Positions 1-12,987 of a stretch of 64,000 nucleotides of DNA are shown here, piece after piece. The notes under the pieces are model-generated. The model had not been told where the DNA came from and searched no databases. It was given only the letters and a program-made list of their open reading frames with translations. Each line of letters opens with the position of its first letter. Position 1 is the first letter of the stretch. The stretch is from Takakia lepidozioides (taxonomy: Eukaryota; Plantae; Bryophyta). The position numbers and the translations under genes are program-made. The stretch is from the NCBI GenBank assembly GCA_030704615.1, contig CM060732.1, positions 4,712,001 to 4,776,000 on the forward strand, read 5' to 3'.

Positions 1-1830
1 GGGTTCCTAGGGTTTTTACGAATCTTTCCACGCCTTGGAGTCTTATAGTCAGATGTCATATCCTTGACGCTCATCCAGGTTGTGGTTCTTGGCCGCAGTC
101 TCTCAGGTGGATTGTGTAGGGTGGGCGGACTTCCACAGCTTCGGCTATCGGCTCTAAAGCCTAGCAGTCTATATGGGCAGCCTAGCTAGGGATGAGACTG
201 CAATTGTTTCAGTCTGTCCCTTCTATTGTGGAGGAAACTCTTTGGCAGTCTGTGTTTGGGAACTATAACGCGGATCAGAGGCTCTTATAGTGTTCCAATA
301 AGTGGGTCTTTTGGGAGCAGGCTGGTATTTCCAACTTCTGCCACTTTTGGGAGTCTGGTGCGATGCTTCCTAAGGCTGTAGCTACTGAATCCCTATCTTC
401 CCAGCGAAAAGCTTCTGCTTGGGATTCCATCATTTTAGAGCTCTTTGATAGTTGGATCTCCGCCTGTTCTTTTCCGTTGAATCTCAGGCAACTCCCAGCA
501 TGGTTGGGAGGAGGGGATCGCAGTTCCTCGCTTTTCGCTTTTTACACTACCTCATGATCCAATCTAGTTCTTCTTCATGGCTGGAAGTTCAGTGTTTGCC
601 CTTATGGCTCGTTGATTTCCCCCTATTGCACTACGCAATTAGAATCAGATCTCTACGCTATCAGAGTTTTCTGTGCTGCTTCTAGTAAAACTGACCCGAT
701 ACCTCCTGTTAACATGATGCATTATGACGAGTCTTTTGTCTGGTTCCTCTCAGCTCCTTTGCAGCTATTGCACTTCGATGCTGCTGAATGGCCTGGATGT
801 CTAGGAATCGTGCGCTCATTTCTTCGGATACTCGGTGAAACTTGGTTACTCCTTTTTAAGACCACCCTCTGTTTTCGTTGCCAAATGGAACTCTAAATGG
901 AGGAATCTGCCTTCCCTTCCTAGTAACTAGAAATCAATCTAGAAGGACGTATTGAGGAAGGACAGAGCTGCTAAACTCTCTCCAGATTCTTATGGAAACT
1001 GGTCAATAGAATTCTTCCAGTTTTTGAATTCATTCCTGACTCTCCTACCCATTGTTCGCTATATTCCTAGGGGCAATCTGAGACTATAGAACATTGTCTA
1101 GCAGTCTGTCCCTTGGCTTCATTTATTTGGAACCTCGTCTGCAGATTCTACCAGCCTTGGGATTCGAATGTCCCTAGAGACTTGTCAGTTTTGCTCCTCA
1201 ACTTACATGATGGTGCTCTCCGGAGGTTATGCCCGGTCTAGGCAGCCCTTAGGGCCCATACTCTATGGAACATATGGAAATACAGATATTCTCTGGTTTT
1301 TGGAGGAGTGCAGCCTTGCGTAAAATTGTTGTTGCACAGAGTTCACTCAGACATTATGTTTGAAGCTTGGAAGCGTGGCAGGTTTTGTGTGCAGTTGCTG
1401 CTAGATGTGTGGAAGGAAGGAGAGTGCGGCTATTCTCTAGCTTTGATAACTCTTAGGGAAAAGGCCTGCACTTCTACACAACAACCTCTCAATCAACGGT
1501 TATCTGGAACGACAGCTTCATGTCATGTTGGCAGCTTAACAAGCGCTTTGCAGTCTATGGAGCCTGAAGAATCCGATGTGAACTGGCGCCACAAGTGGCT
1601 TAGGAAGGGCAAATCCAAGGCCCACCTTTCTTTCAATTCCACCACTCGTTAGATCACCCACATTTTGCAATCTTCCCCCCCATCTGCGGATCTTTCTTAC
1701 CTTCTCGCAGATCTCTTTAGTCCTTGGCTACGGGGCAGTGTCCCCTTTTTCATCCTTCATGGTTGTTTTATCGAGGTTATTTTTTCCTCGTTTTTATTAA
1801 TAAAAAATTTCAGGGCCTCTGTCCCCTGTT
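1..1830 (+). mobile_element. 5'-truncated degenerate LINE (L1-like) 3' end with zf-RVT region
   Basis: ~960-1140 reads AKLSRFLWKLVNRILPV...C..SETIEHCLAVCP..FIW (zf-RVT type), homologous to ORF 26735-27637; ends in ATTAATAAAA, a hairpin and (TA)n. Confidence 0.75.
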
Positions 1831-1832
1831 CC

Positions 1833-1857
1833 TATATATATATATATATATATATAT
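1833..1857. repeat. (TA)n microsatellite at the LINE tail
   Basis: About 12 TA units, seen directly. Confidence 0.95.
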
Positions 1858-2859
1858 TGTTTTGAACAAAATCTGTCTTGATAAAAAATACTGATGTGGA
1901 TATGGATATTTCTCTTCAAAATTGAAGGTAGTTTGTTCTATGAGCTTTCATGAACATGTTCAAAAGATTCTTTCTTCATTCATTAGTAGGATCTCAGGGC
2001 TGGCCTTCATAATGCTGTTTTCATAATTACACAAAGTAAGAGTTGCTCTAAACTACCATAAAGGTTCTTTATCCAGTTTCTGTGATTGTCTTCCTAGGTT
2101 AGACTACTCTAAAAGACTTTGCTCCGTAAGAACTAAGAACAATTTGAAGTACAGACAAGGCAGCATTATCAGTGATGCAAACCTTATTTCCTAAGCCCCC
2201 AACTTCCATTTTAAGTGTGCTCATATTACTCACATTGATGAATATTCGAGTCATGTTGATGGATATTGCTACTGGAGTGAGCCCCTCACAAAGGTTTGCT
2301 CTTGTTCCGCCCAGACTAGGGGGCACGGCCACAATGCTATCCCTGTGTCTTCAGGTTGCCCACACAACGGGAAATTGCAATCCCTCTATCCTCACTGCAT
2401 CTGTTTGTTGTTCAAAGGTAGGCGTCTTGCAGTCTAGTGCCGAGGGTGGGTAAACCCTTGAGGTCATCCATGATGGCCTCTCCCATGTCACAGACTGGAA
2501 ACAAGTTCAGAGAGCGTCAGTGCTTCAGGCTCACCCTCAAGATTTTGAGAGATGATGAACAGAGGTGCAGAGACTATATTCTTGATGGTCCTGACAAGGG
2601 TCGCTCTCTGATGAGAATACCCCGGACATTGTAGTAGAAAATGGATATTGTCTTCAGGCCACCCTCACATCGGGCATTGACAATCTCTCTTTTCTCTGTG
2701 CATCTTTTTGAGAAAGAGAATTAGCACATAACATGTAACTATATAAATTATTCTATGTGTCAAATTGTTGTACAAGGAAGAACGAGCTCATATGAAATAT
2801 GATAGGACATACAGCTTGTCGTTAGGCATTGGTAAAATGCAGAGAGAACATTCTGCTGC

Positions 2860-3760
2860 TCAGATGGATCCCACCTGCCAGCTGCAACATAGATGTTTGA
2901 TAGCAACACATAAGTCGCGGCATCCTGTTCATCCCACGTGAGGATAGATGTTGCCGCACGTTCAGCCATCTCCACAAAACGTTCTTTTGCATTCTTTCAA
3001 ATAGTTGCAGGACCTCCCTATGACAACCATGGTGGGCATATCATGCAGTCATAACATTCCATGACACCACATTTCGTTCAGCCATACTGTCAAATATTCC
3101 CTCTGCATCCTGAATGCACCCAAATTTTACATGTCCATCAGGGCAATGTCCAGAATGACAATTGGTACAATTCTAGCTTTGATGATGTCACCATGCACCT
3201 CTTTGCCCTTTTCCAGGGCTGCCAGACTTGCACAAATATTGCAAACGCACACAAACGTGATGTTGTCGCGCTTCACCCCTTCCCCCATCATTTCCTCATA
3301 GGTCTCCGAGGCCTCCATCCCGCGCCCCCTGCTGTGCATATCTGCAAGCATGACATTCCATGACACCAAATCTCGTTAAGCCATATTGTTGAACACTCCC
3401 TCCACATCCTCAATGCATGTCCACGAGGGTATTGTTCAGAATCACATCGAGTACAAATTCCAGATTTGATGATGCAACCATGGACCTTTTTGCCCTTTTC
3501 AAGGGCTGCCAGGCTTGCACACGCAGTACAAACGCACACAAACCTTATGTGGTTGGGCTTCACCCCTTCCCCCAACATTTGCTTATAGGTCTTCAAAGCC
3601 TCCATCCCACGCCCCTAATATGCACACCTTGCAAGCATCGCGTTCCATGACACCACATCTCATTCAGCCATCTGGTACAATTCCAGCTTTGGAGATGCAA
3701 CCATGCACTCTATCCCTGGTCCTTCACCTATCCCTGCCTGTGTAAAAATCATGAATATAA
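2860..3760 (-). pseudogene. PLS-class pentatricopeptide repeat (PPR) protein with E domain, fragmented
   Basis: Tandem VVSWN..EALKTY.QM.GEGVKP..I.FVCV..ACASLAALEKGK.VH motifs (ORFs 3127-3369, 3288-3605) and E-domain ATYVLLSNIYVAAGRWD; frameshifts. Confidence 0.85.
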
Positions 3761-3924
3761 CCTCAGCCTTGCGGCTAGCAACTGACACTGACAATGTGAA
3801 GAACTCTTCCAGCAAACACCCCAACCCTACTTATTACAGTAGTTCCAATTCTGAATTGCATCTGCTTCTCTCTATAGTCCAACATGCATTCACCTTTTTG
3901 TCTCCATTGTCCCACCATTGACTG

Positions 3925-4361
3925 GGGTCGGAAAAATGGTCATCGGTGCATGCTGCACTCACGTTCCTCTTTGGCCTCGTCTGCCCATATTATGCACTAC
4001 TAAAGTCATTATGTCGTGCCTACAGAACCAAAACATCTGCGTTGTGGCGTGAGAAAATCTAGGAGTCAAAAATCTGCCACTGAAATAAGGTGCAAGTACA
4101 GCACCGTGTGGATTCCTCCGAATCATCTCACCACAGCGTGCTCTCGTATCCACCCGGATGGCGCAGCACTTCCCTCGAAATGCCGGCAATGTCCTTGCAA
4201 TTCTCCACTGTGACTCCGACACTCTTGTCTCCACAATGGGTATGTTGTACCGCGTTACTACAGATGGCTCGTTATGTTTCTCGGGCACGTGCACTGTGCT
4301 CAAAGGAGATGACGATCTTGATTGTGCAGGACTTGCGGTGCTCGACGAGACCTCCTCGGGC
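3925..4361 (-). pseudogene. 3' fragment of MULE-like transposase copy A, separated from its 5' part by the hAT insertion
   Basis: SQWRIARTLP..CCAIR..C..FSGRF..FWFCRHD aligns with copy B SEWHIERTPP..CMAIR..C..FTGLF..FWFCPDD; removing the hAT and one TSD gives in-frame ...DPVMLPEEVSSSTASPAQSRSSSPLSTVHVPE. Confidence 0.85.
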
Positions 4362-4539
4362 CCTAGTTATCATTCCTAACGTGACATGGCGCTGACACGT
4401 CGAATCCGGACGTTTACCCACGTAATTTTTTTTACATTTGACTTTTATGATTTACTTCTACCCTTCGTAATGACATGGCAGCCACGATGTAAAACAGACG
4501 TGGCCAATTATTAATATTTATTAATTCTTTTAAAAAATT

Positions 4540-5365
4540 AGTCCGCCTATATTGGCGGTCGCATATAATTTATTATTTTTAATAAAAGCGACCGCCCATA
4601 TGAGCGGTCGCTTGTAATTTAATATTTCGTGAAATTAAGCGACCGCCAGTATTGGCGGTCGCCAGTAATTTATTTATTTTTAAATGAAGCGACCGCCTAT
4701 ATTGGCGGTCGCCGGTAATTTATTTATTTTTAAATGAAGCGACCGCCCATATTGGCGGTCGCCCGTAATTTATTTATTTATAAATGAAGCGACCGCCGAA
4801 ATTGGCGGTCGCCCGTAATTTATTTATTTATAAATGAAACGACCGCCCATATTGGCGGTTGCCCGTAATTTATTTATTTTTAAATGAAGCGACCTCCCAT
4901 ATTGGCGGTCGCCCGTAATTTATTTATTTTTAAATGAAACGACCGCCGAAATTGGTGGTCGCCCGTAATTTATTTATTTATAAATGAAACGACCGCTGAA
5001 ATTGGCGGTCGCCCGTAATTTATTTATTTATAAATGAAGCGACCGCCCATATTGGCGGTCGCCCGTAATTTATTTATTTATAAATGAAGCGACCTCCCAT
5101 ATTGGCGGTCGCCCGTAATTTATTTATCTTTAAATGAAGCGACCGCCCAAATTGGCGGTCGTCCGTAATTTATTTATTTTAAAATGAAGCGACCGCCCAT
5201 ATTGGCGGCCGCCCGTAATTTATTTATTTTTAAATGAAGCGACCGCCCATATTGGCGGCCGTCCATAATTTATTTATTTTTAAATGAAGCGACCGCCCAT
5301 ATTGGCGGCCGCACGTAATTTATTTATTTATAAATGAAGCGACCGCCCATATTGGCGGTCGCCCG
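4540..5365. repeat. Tandem array of ~17 x 50-bp units, each with palindrome GCGACCGCC-N6-GGCGGTCGC
   Basis: gaccgcc recurs at 4641, 4691, 4741 ... 5341 (exact 50-bp period) with AT-rich linkers. Confidence 0.95.
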
Positions 5366-5664
5366 TATTTTATTACATTTTAAAATATGCAGTCGCGTGT
5401 TTTTTTTTTTTTCTTAGAAATCTAGGGACCCGCCGTGTGGCGTTTTGTTTTTTATTTTTAATCATGTAGCGGCGCCTCGGCCAGCCACGTGGCGAGGTGT
5501 CACGGGTCAGGAAAAACGAAACAAATGGGATGGGGGGAGGTGGCTTTGAACCCTTGACCTCTCCCATGTGGGTGCGCATGGCGAGGTGCGACTGGCCAGT
5601 CGCGCCGCGCTAACCCGTGGCGAGGCGTCACTGGCCTGTCGCGCCTTTTCAAGCTTTTATTTTT

Positions 5665-5706
5665 TTGGGGGGGGGGCTGGTGGGTGCCTATATAAACCAT
5701 TCCCCC
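5665..5706 (+). promoter_or_regulatory. Putative core promoter (G-run plus TATATAAA) of the kinase cargo gene
   Basis: GGGGGGGGGG..GCCTATATAAACCATTCCCCC ~320 bp upstream of ATG 6016; similar modules on the minus strand at ~13302, 15098, 15287. Confidence 0.45.
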
Positions 5707-6015
5707 TTTCTTTTCAGATCACTTTTGCCCCTCTTGTGGTGTGGTTCCTTGGCATCCTGTAGTCCTTTCGGACTTCGTTGCTTGGTACTGCCAACGGGAG
5801 GTGCAAAGGTGATTATTTGGGGGGGGAGGTTTTGTCGGTTTTCTATTGGTCAGTCCCACACACTTGTTCACGGTACAATCATCGTATCACCATTTTGCCG
5901 TTTCTGGATCTCCGGCGGCCTGTTTTTTTGCAGAAAACTACGAAGACACCATCCACACGCGTTCATTGCCATTTTTCTGAGGTTTTGGACCCTGTAGTGG
6001 GCAAAGGTTTATACA

Positions 6016-7472
6016 ATGTCGGGGGTTGTGAATTCAAGTTCTGGGGCGGGATCGTCTGGGGGGCGGAGGAAGAGAAAACGTGCCCACGAACGGGATAGTC
6101 AGGTCAACAAGTCAGACTACCCGGGACCAGATGCCTTGGATAGGGTGAAAGAAGTGGTAGCGGATTATTTCAAGGGTAGGGACATGATGAGGCTGGAGAG
6201 TGCTTATGTTAGGCATGGATGGGAGGGGTTTCAGATTTTCCAGCAAAACATGGAGATGAAGATTACAAACGCTTTGGTGGGGGCTAAGTGGACGGCGGAC
6301 AGGGACAAGCCGAAGTTCAATCGGTGGATCCAAAGCAGGGCGAAAGACGCCACGTGGAATTTGAGGTAGTTAATGAAGACATGGAAGGGTAGAACAACCG
6401 AGGGTCGAGTGTCATCCGCCGAAGCCGAGTTAATGCGGCGTGTTGAGTATTGGGCTTGCTCGGCAAGTCAGAATTCACATCGCCGGACTAAGGTTGTCCC
6501 TTAGAATACGGGGTCATCGGGCGGGGGAGGCACAACTGGTCTTTATTACCTGAACTCTAGTGCGAAGGCGGTAGAGATTGGCCCTTACAAAGAAGAAGGG
6601 TATGCTAAGGTCCGTCACTATAGGATTGTTGGCGATTCTAGAATACCGGAGTGTTGGGAGCTAGCGGGAAAAAAACCCAAGTCCAAAAATCCAGAAAAGG
6701 CGTTGAGACAACATAACGACGAGTGTTTGGTAGTGAAGTTCCAGCATCCGGGTGTTATCTCGTATTTTGCTGTGAATGCACGTGAGGTAGAGAGTTACAT
6801 TCGCTGGTGGAATGGGGAGACAATACGCGACATGATGAACCTTGACAGAAAATAGCGCAACGATTCGGACAACAGGGTGATTTTGGAACAAATGGGAACG
6901 GAAGCAGAGTTCCAGGAATGCGATCTCTTGCTTCGTTTCCGGAAAGTGCGTAGTAAACTTGCATGGGCACTGGTGTGCATCATGGATGCTGTCCACAAGA
7001 ACGGTGTCCTGCACAACGACTTGTCCCCCGACAACATCTTGTTGCATTTTCCAGATGGCACCGATGAGATCAAGATTGGGGTGTGTGATTGGGGCTTAGC
7101 CACCCCATTGGGCATACGCAAAGCCTCGTCATACCAATTTGAAAACTAAAACAAGCTGGACCGGAAACTCGCGAAAAGATGGTGGGTGGAAAAAGATATT
7201 GCATCGGTTTTCAATGCGAATGCCCCCCCCCCCAGGACATGACGTCGGAGGCCTTTGCCGTTGGGAAGATAGCGGTACAAATAAATGGCGGCGTTCATTA
7301 TGATCAAAGTATGTTCCAGGACCAATTTACGGGAAGTTGTTGGCATTCAATGCTACAAAGGTTGTACGACAACAACAAGAATGAGAGAGTTACATTAGCC
7401 CATGTAGTACTTCGGTTCATGGGCAAGCCATTCAATTGGCCTGAGCCGAAAGACGTATATATGACGGAGTAA
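6016..7472 (+). pseudogene. Intronless Ser/Thr protein kinase-like cargo gene (premature stops, poly-C frameshift)
   Basis: Same frame from 6016 to 7149: ELAGKK (VAIK-like), QHPGVI, VHKNGVLHNDLSPDNILLH (catalytic loop), IGVCDWGLA (DFG-like), then SEAFAVG after a frameshift at ~7225. Confidence 0.85.
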
Positions 7473-7703
7473 ACCATAGTCTCGTAGACATGACATTTCT
7501 GGCGGTACAATGGTTCTTTTATGAAAACATAACTCAATTTTGATCGTGCATGTAATAAATAAAGTCTCATTGTAAATACTACATTGCATATGCTCGACCC
7601 TCACACATGTCATCGCAACATAAATGGTTTGTGTACTGGCTCACTGTTTATATTTGTAATGTTCTACGGTTTCGGATATGGTTATGAGAAAACGATGTAT
7701 TAG

Positions 7704-7939
7704 TTCCGTAGGAGTTAGACAACAAACGTATCCTCTCATTCAACTGTGCGACACTACCATGAGAGGCATGGATCGGAAAGTAATAGGTGCACATGCGACC
7801 TCCGAACGTTTGATACTAGGTCTCTACTTAAACGTGCGGAGGTCGCATGTACACCTATTACTTTTTTATCCATGTCACTCATGGTAGTATCGCACAATTG
7901 AATGAGATATAGAACGTTTGTTGTCCAACTCCTATGGAT
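7704..7939. repeat. Long imperfect inverted repeat (~107-bp arms, ~18-nt loop)
   Basis: e.g. GTAATAGGTGCACATGCGACCTCCG pairs with CGGAGGTCGCATGTACACCTATTAC; arms ~7704-7811 and ~7830-7939. Confidence 0.9.
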
Positions 7940-8049
7940 CCAATATATCATTTTCTCAGTACCTTGTCAGAAACATTGAAACATTCGCAGTTACAAACAG
8001 TACCACAATACACGGCCGATTTTGTTGAAATGACATTTGTGAGGTTCGA

Positions 8050-8630
8050 GTGTATGCAATTTATTATTTACAACGGATTTTTATTTACTCGGGGGACCGG
8101 TATTGTTGTTGGAGCGCAACTGATGGTGTGAGTTCTCTATTGATTGGAGCTGTCACAACCAATGTCAACAATCATATTTACGGTAAGGTGTTTCATGCTA
8201 TTGTTGTTCCTCTAGCTGAATTTTGTAGTACTCTTTTTGCTATTCCCATGCCAACGTCCTCTGAGACTGTCATGTTCAAACGGACGTATCAGCCACCCCG
8301 GCCAGCTTGTAGGTTGCAGCCATGGCCCACCATAAATTAAATGAATTGGAGATTTTGTGCGAAGTTCCTGGTTTCATGTCCATGGTGGCTGATACGGAAT
8401 TCGGAATATGACAGTCGTAGTGGACCTGATGTTGTTGGCATGGGAGTAGCAAAACGATTCCTAAATAATTCTGTTACATGAACATCGGCAGTATGAAACA
8501 CCTTGCAGTACATATGATTCTTGATATTGTTTGCACGGATTATTTGTGTTTGTGCTTTGAAATGGCGAACATTTCCGCCATGGTGCGGAAGACGTGCATT
8601 GGCCACATTAACTGGTTGATGTGATACCAT
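8050..8630. other. Two convergent paralogous small ORFs (diverged inverted duplication), function unknown
   Basis: 8050-8340(+) NNHIYGKVFHA..LFAIPMPTSS vs 8337-8630(-) KNHMYCKVFHT..RFATPMPTTS. Confidence 0.55.
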
Positions 8631-9146
8631 TTCACAAATGTATCACATCGCATTTGTGCAAATGTATCACATGAACCGTTCCATGTGGCCTCCGGAGTCT
8701 TCGATGGGTACGAGATCAATGTGGCCTACGAGATCTGCTTCCACCAACAAACATATGATCATTTTAGAAGCGCTAGAACTTTGAAGCGACGATGGGCAAG
8801 GTTCTTCATCCAGATGTTCAACATGTTGAGGTCTTCTGTAATGTCTCTTGTTTCGTAATGAGGTGTTTCTCCAACTCTTATTTTTCCAATGCTAATATAT
8901 TCCATCTGGAACATATCCACACATACGTATATAACTTTTTTTTTAAATAACCATCAAAACTGGAAGCTGGGGATGAGGCTTATAAAAGTTGAGATGGTCA
9001 TTTGTTTTTTTAAGGATTTTTGCACACATATGTGGATCTGTTACAGGTGGAGAATATTAACATATTGGATAAAGTGGACATGGAGAACCACCGCATTACG
9101 AGGCAGGAGACACTACAAAAAGAGCTTCAAATGGCATACCATGTAA

Positions 9147-10205
9147 CAGGTCCCAGTATAACCGAAGATGAAACCCCATTCATTCAATGGGCGATTGAAT
9201 GGTTGCCCATCCAAATGATTTTCATTTGCTTTCAATCTTTGCCACTATGTTCAACATACCATGGATCACGTCCCGGACTAATATGAGATCAATCGAAATT
9301 CATTCGATGGCTCAACGGATGGTTGGCCATCGAAATAATTTTGGTTCGCTTTGAGACTTGGCCACTATATTCAATGTGCCATGTAAGAGGCCCCAGAGTA
9401 ATATGAGATTACACAATTTAATTGAATTTAAATTTATTTTAAGCCAATAAATAGGTTTGCACTGCCTTTCAGTGGGGGTTTCTAGCACGTATCGATTTTG
9501 TTTTTGGGTCAATTTTGTTCTGCGGCTTCCAGCATCCCATGGCTACCCCCCCGCCAAATTTTGGACCAATAAAAAATGCCCCAAAAAGAAAGTGTTCTCG
9601 TCGCTCACTATTGCACAACTCTCTATGAAGAATATATGAAGTAGAACACAAATCAAGTTTGGAGTGCAAAACAGGGAAGAAACTGTGGTTTTGGATCCAA
9701 ATGAATTTTGATTGCTTCCAAATTTGGTATGCACGTTGCATATGGCTACATTACACGCCCCATTCAAAAACAGAATGAAAAATAAATCGTGAGCACGCGA
9801 AACACAGTCCAACAGGTCCCAAAGCAATAGCAGCTCCGACAGAATACATTCAACAGGTGAACGGATGGTTGCCCATCCAAATCATTTTTGTTAGCTTCCA
9901 AACTTTGCCAACACGTTCCAGACACCCTCTCACAGGTCCCGGACTAATATCAGATCAATCGAAATTCATTCGATGGCTCAACGGATGGTTGGCCATCGAA
10001 ATGATTTTGGTTTGCTTTGAGACTTGGCCACTATGTTCAATGTGCCATGTAAGAGGCCCCAGCGTAATATGAGATCAATCGAAATTCGTTCAATGGGCCA
10101 ACGGATGGTTACCCATCCAAATGATTTTCGTTCGCTTTGAAATTTGGCCAGTGTGTTCAATGTACCCTCTGATATGTCCTAGTGTAATATGAGATCAATC
10201 GAAAT
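9147..10205. repeat. ~120-bp tandem repeat, about 5 copies in two blocks
   Basis: ATATGAGAT at ~9281 and 9401; (G)AGATCAATCGAAATT at ~9952, 10071, 10191; interrupted ~9410-9855. Confidence 0.85.
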
Positions 10206-10654
10206 TATTTTGTGCTTTGAGAACTTTGTGGGTATGTTTGTAAAAAGATCATAGATTTTGCGAAATGATCATGAAATACGTAGGGACCAAGCGAAATTTG
10301 TTTGGAAGATGACCGTTCGTAACTCGTTATAACTTATTTGTTAACATCAATTTTCTTTGTTCTCCAGCTTTCGGAGTTCATTGCAAATACCCATATACAC
10401 GTCATAACCAAATATGACACCATTGTAAATTTGTTTACAGGGTGAACTACTTCTTCCCCATCACACGAGTGTAAATGTGAAGAAAATGTTGCTCATGCAA
10501 TTGAAATTGGTAGGTGCCGCACATGTGCATTGTGTATTAACAAAATTGGTGATATACAAACTTGGCGGAATGTCATCACTGTGTTTTCCAACAGTATTCA
10601 AGGTACTACAAAAATGCATATTGTATATGTACTATGCTGCCAGTCATTCAAAGC

Positions 10655-12987
10655 CTAGTCGTCACTGTCCGAGGATGTGGAATTTGATGCTGTGGCCTGA
10701 TTTGCACTACCAATTGCCAGAGCTTGCGACCGTGATCTCGTGGTCAATGAGGGGCCCAATGGCATGTGATCAATTCTGGCCTGCATCCGCCTACTTCGCG
10801 GCAAAAGTTGATTTTCTTCTTCACTCTCACGACGTGGCGGAGGTGGATCGAGAACAAGTGCTCGGGCTGCATGCAAATCGGCAACGAGGCCATCCACATC
10901 CGGCAATATAGCCCCCGAAACACGATGATAACGGTCTGTTCATAGTCGCCTCCATTTCTCTACAACTGCCTTGATGGTACTTTTAAAACTTTCCAACTGC
11001 CTCTCGCGGGCCCTGTCCCTAATCATTGTGTCGTTTCGACGATAAGCCGTCTCGTACGCATCATTCATTTGACGTTGACATATTATAGCATCTTCCAGTT
11101 CAGACAGCAACAAATGTCTCCCAATCGGTTGTCGGTCATACAATTCGTTTTCCTCCGGCACCCATGGAACCTGTGGGAGCCGGATAAACCTTGACCTTCT
11201 TTGACTCCAATGCCCTCCCAGATTGCGGCAAACTGCTCTCTCACCAATCTCGAATACCTCCCGCACGTATGGTTATCTCCCAATCAGATGTGATCCAGAA
11301 ATACTGGGGATCTTTGATGTATGCCAGGTTTCCGGCATGTATGCCATGCATCTCTCTGTCTGCATCCCATACCAAGTTCTTGCCCCAATGCACACAATTC
11401 AGAAATGTGTATGGTAGCCCATCCAATGGGAGGTTGTGTCGATTGTATTCAAAATCTATGGGCATCCGATCCTCCAAGCCCACCTGCTCATAGAAACGGC
11501 GATGGATTGGTGTACGACATTCTGGGCAAGCGCTCGTCTGCAAGGCTTGCGGGATAAGACATGTGAGATGAAACATATGTCCACATGATCCAAGCGCATG
11601 ACATCTCTCTGGGCCGTATGGATTCCTACACATCGAACAAACTGTGCTATCTGATATCCATGACGGCAAAACGCCTCGTGGTATCTCCTCCCTCTGGGCC
11701 GGTTTGATGTGGCTGGTAATCCTTCTTGTGGTGTCTCACTCTTCCTCTATCTCCAATTCCCAGTTTATGCTTCTGTTCGACCCCGAAATTCTGTGCTCAC
11801 ATCGATCGAACATAAAATCCACATCTGCCCAATTGGTATACCCGGCGAACACACTTGATGCGATGCGGAGATCATTATACCTTTGCATGTTGGCATAAAT
11901 GTTATCCACGCTACGGTTCGACATGCGTACGACACGTTGCAAGCCTGACAGTACCCGCTCTACCCATGCTTCTCTGGAGGCCAAATGGGTCGCCCATTGT
12001 ACCCAATTCTACCAAGCCATTCAATGGGACCCATGCCTGAATCTCCAGCGTTTTGGACAAGCGCCATGCAGTTGCCATGGCAATGTCCCGCTCCTTTGTA
12101 ACGCGATCGACATCTAATATCGGGTTCATCTCCAATTGAATGGCGACCCTCGAGTATTCCTCGGTTTCCAGTACTGGTTCTTTTCCTTTCCTCCTTCTCT
12201 CATCCGCAATTCGTTGTTCCTCAACCATGGTTTCATCAGCTACATGGTCAAGAACGTCCGTAACTTCCTGAATGATGAGGTCAGTACTGCGATCGGGCAT
12301 CGCAAACTCCGCGTCCATGTCCATGACGTTTGTTCGATCATCATTGTGGACAACAGTGCCTTCATTGTTTGGAGGCATGTTTTACAATGTAGCTTCCAAC
12401 TCGGCTATACGCAATGTTTGCCAGTCTAGTCGGTCATACAGAGTCCTGATTCGCTGGTCTCTTTCCGCCAGTTATTCCTCTAACGTTGCAGCCGGTTGTA
12501 TTCCGAACGTGTCCGGGATGTACTCCAAATCGTATAGCAACCGTGCGTTCCTCCTACTAGCAGTTTGTCAATTCACTGGACGCAAGAGTATGACCTCCAC
12601 GTACAACATGGCTGCCAAGGTGTACGGGATTTGACCCTTTAAGAGAGGTTGACCCCACAATGTGCAATGCACCTCATTCGCCATATGCTGGAAATGCAAG
12701 TTCGTGCAAGACCTGGACTCTGCGTAATTGTTTCGGGTTTGCACATCATGCCTATCCAAAGGCCACAATCGATTGATGTGATACCATTTCACGAATTTTT
12801 TGCATCTCGCCATCAGCCACCGGAACTCTTCCGGAACATCCTCCCAGCTCTCTTCTGCTAGTATGCTAGGGTCACCAAATACTTCCCAATTCAAGTCTTG
12901 CCTTGACCCTTTGATTTTCTTAGGGGGCGGTCCATGTTCATTGGGGTCATCTCTTCCATGACGGTCATCGTCCTGGCCTTCTGCCAT
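10655..12987 (-). pseudogene. Intronless RING-H2 E3-ligase-like cargo gene (fragmented)
   Basis: CSMC..CGHMFHLTC..CPEC (C3H2C3) in ORF 11241-11669; collinear minus-strand ORF pieces from MAEGQDD..PPPKKIK (NLS-like) at 12987 down to 10655. Confidence 0.8.

Noticed and set aside
1860-2750. ORFs 2099-2634
   Set aside because: No recognisable motifs; left unannotated (same for 28000-29000 and 33200-34900)
3995-4000. CACTAC as left end of a CACTA element pairing with 35661
   Set aside because: Lies inside MULE coding sequence, does not match CACTACAGGAAAAT beyond 6 bp, and flanking 3-mers differ (ATG vs CCT)
4540-5365. CRISPR-like 24-bp palindromic repeats
   Set aside because: Linkers are near-identical AT-rich sequence, not unique spacers
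6016-12987. Endogenous giant-virus segment (intronless kinase and RING genes)
   Set aside because: No viral hallmark genes; region is bounded by hAT TIR/TSD. A viral origin of the cargo is untested rather than excluded
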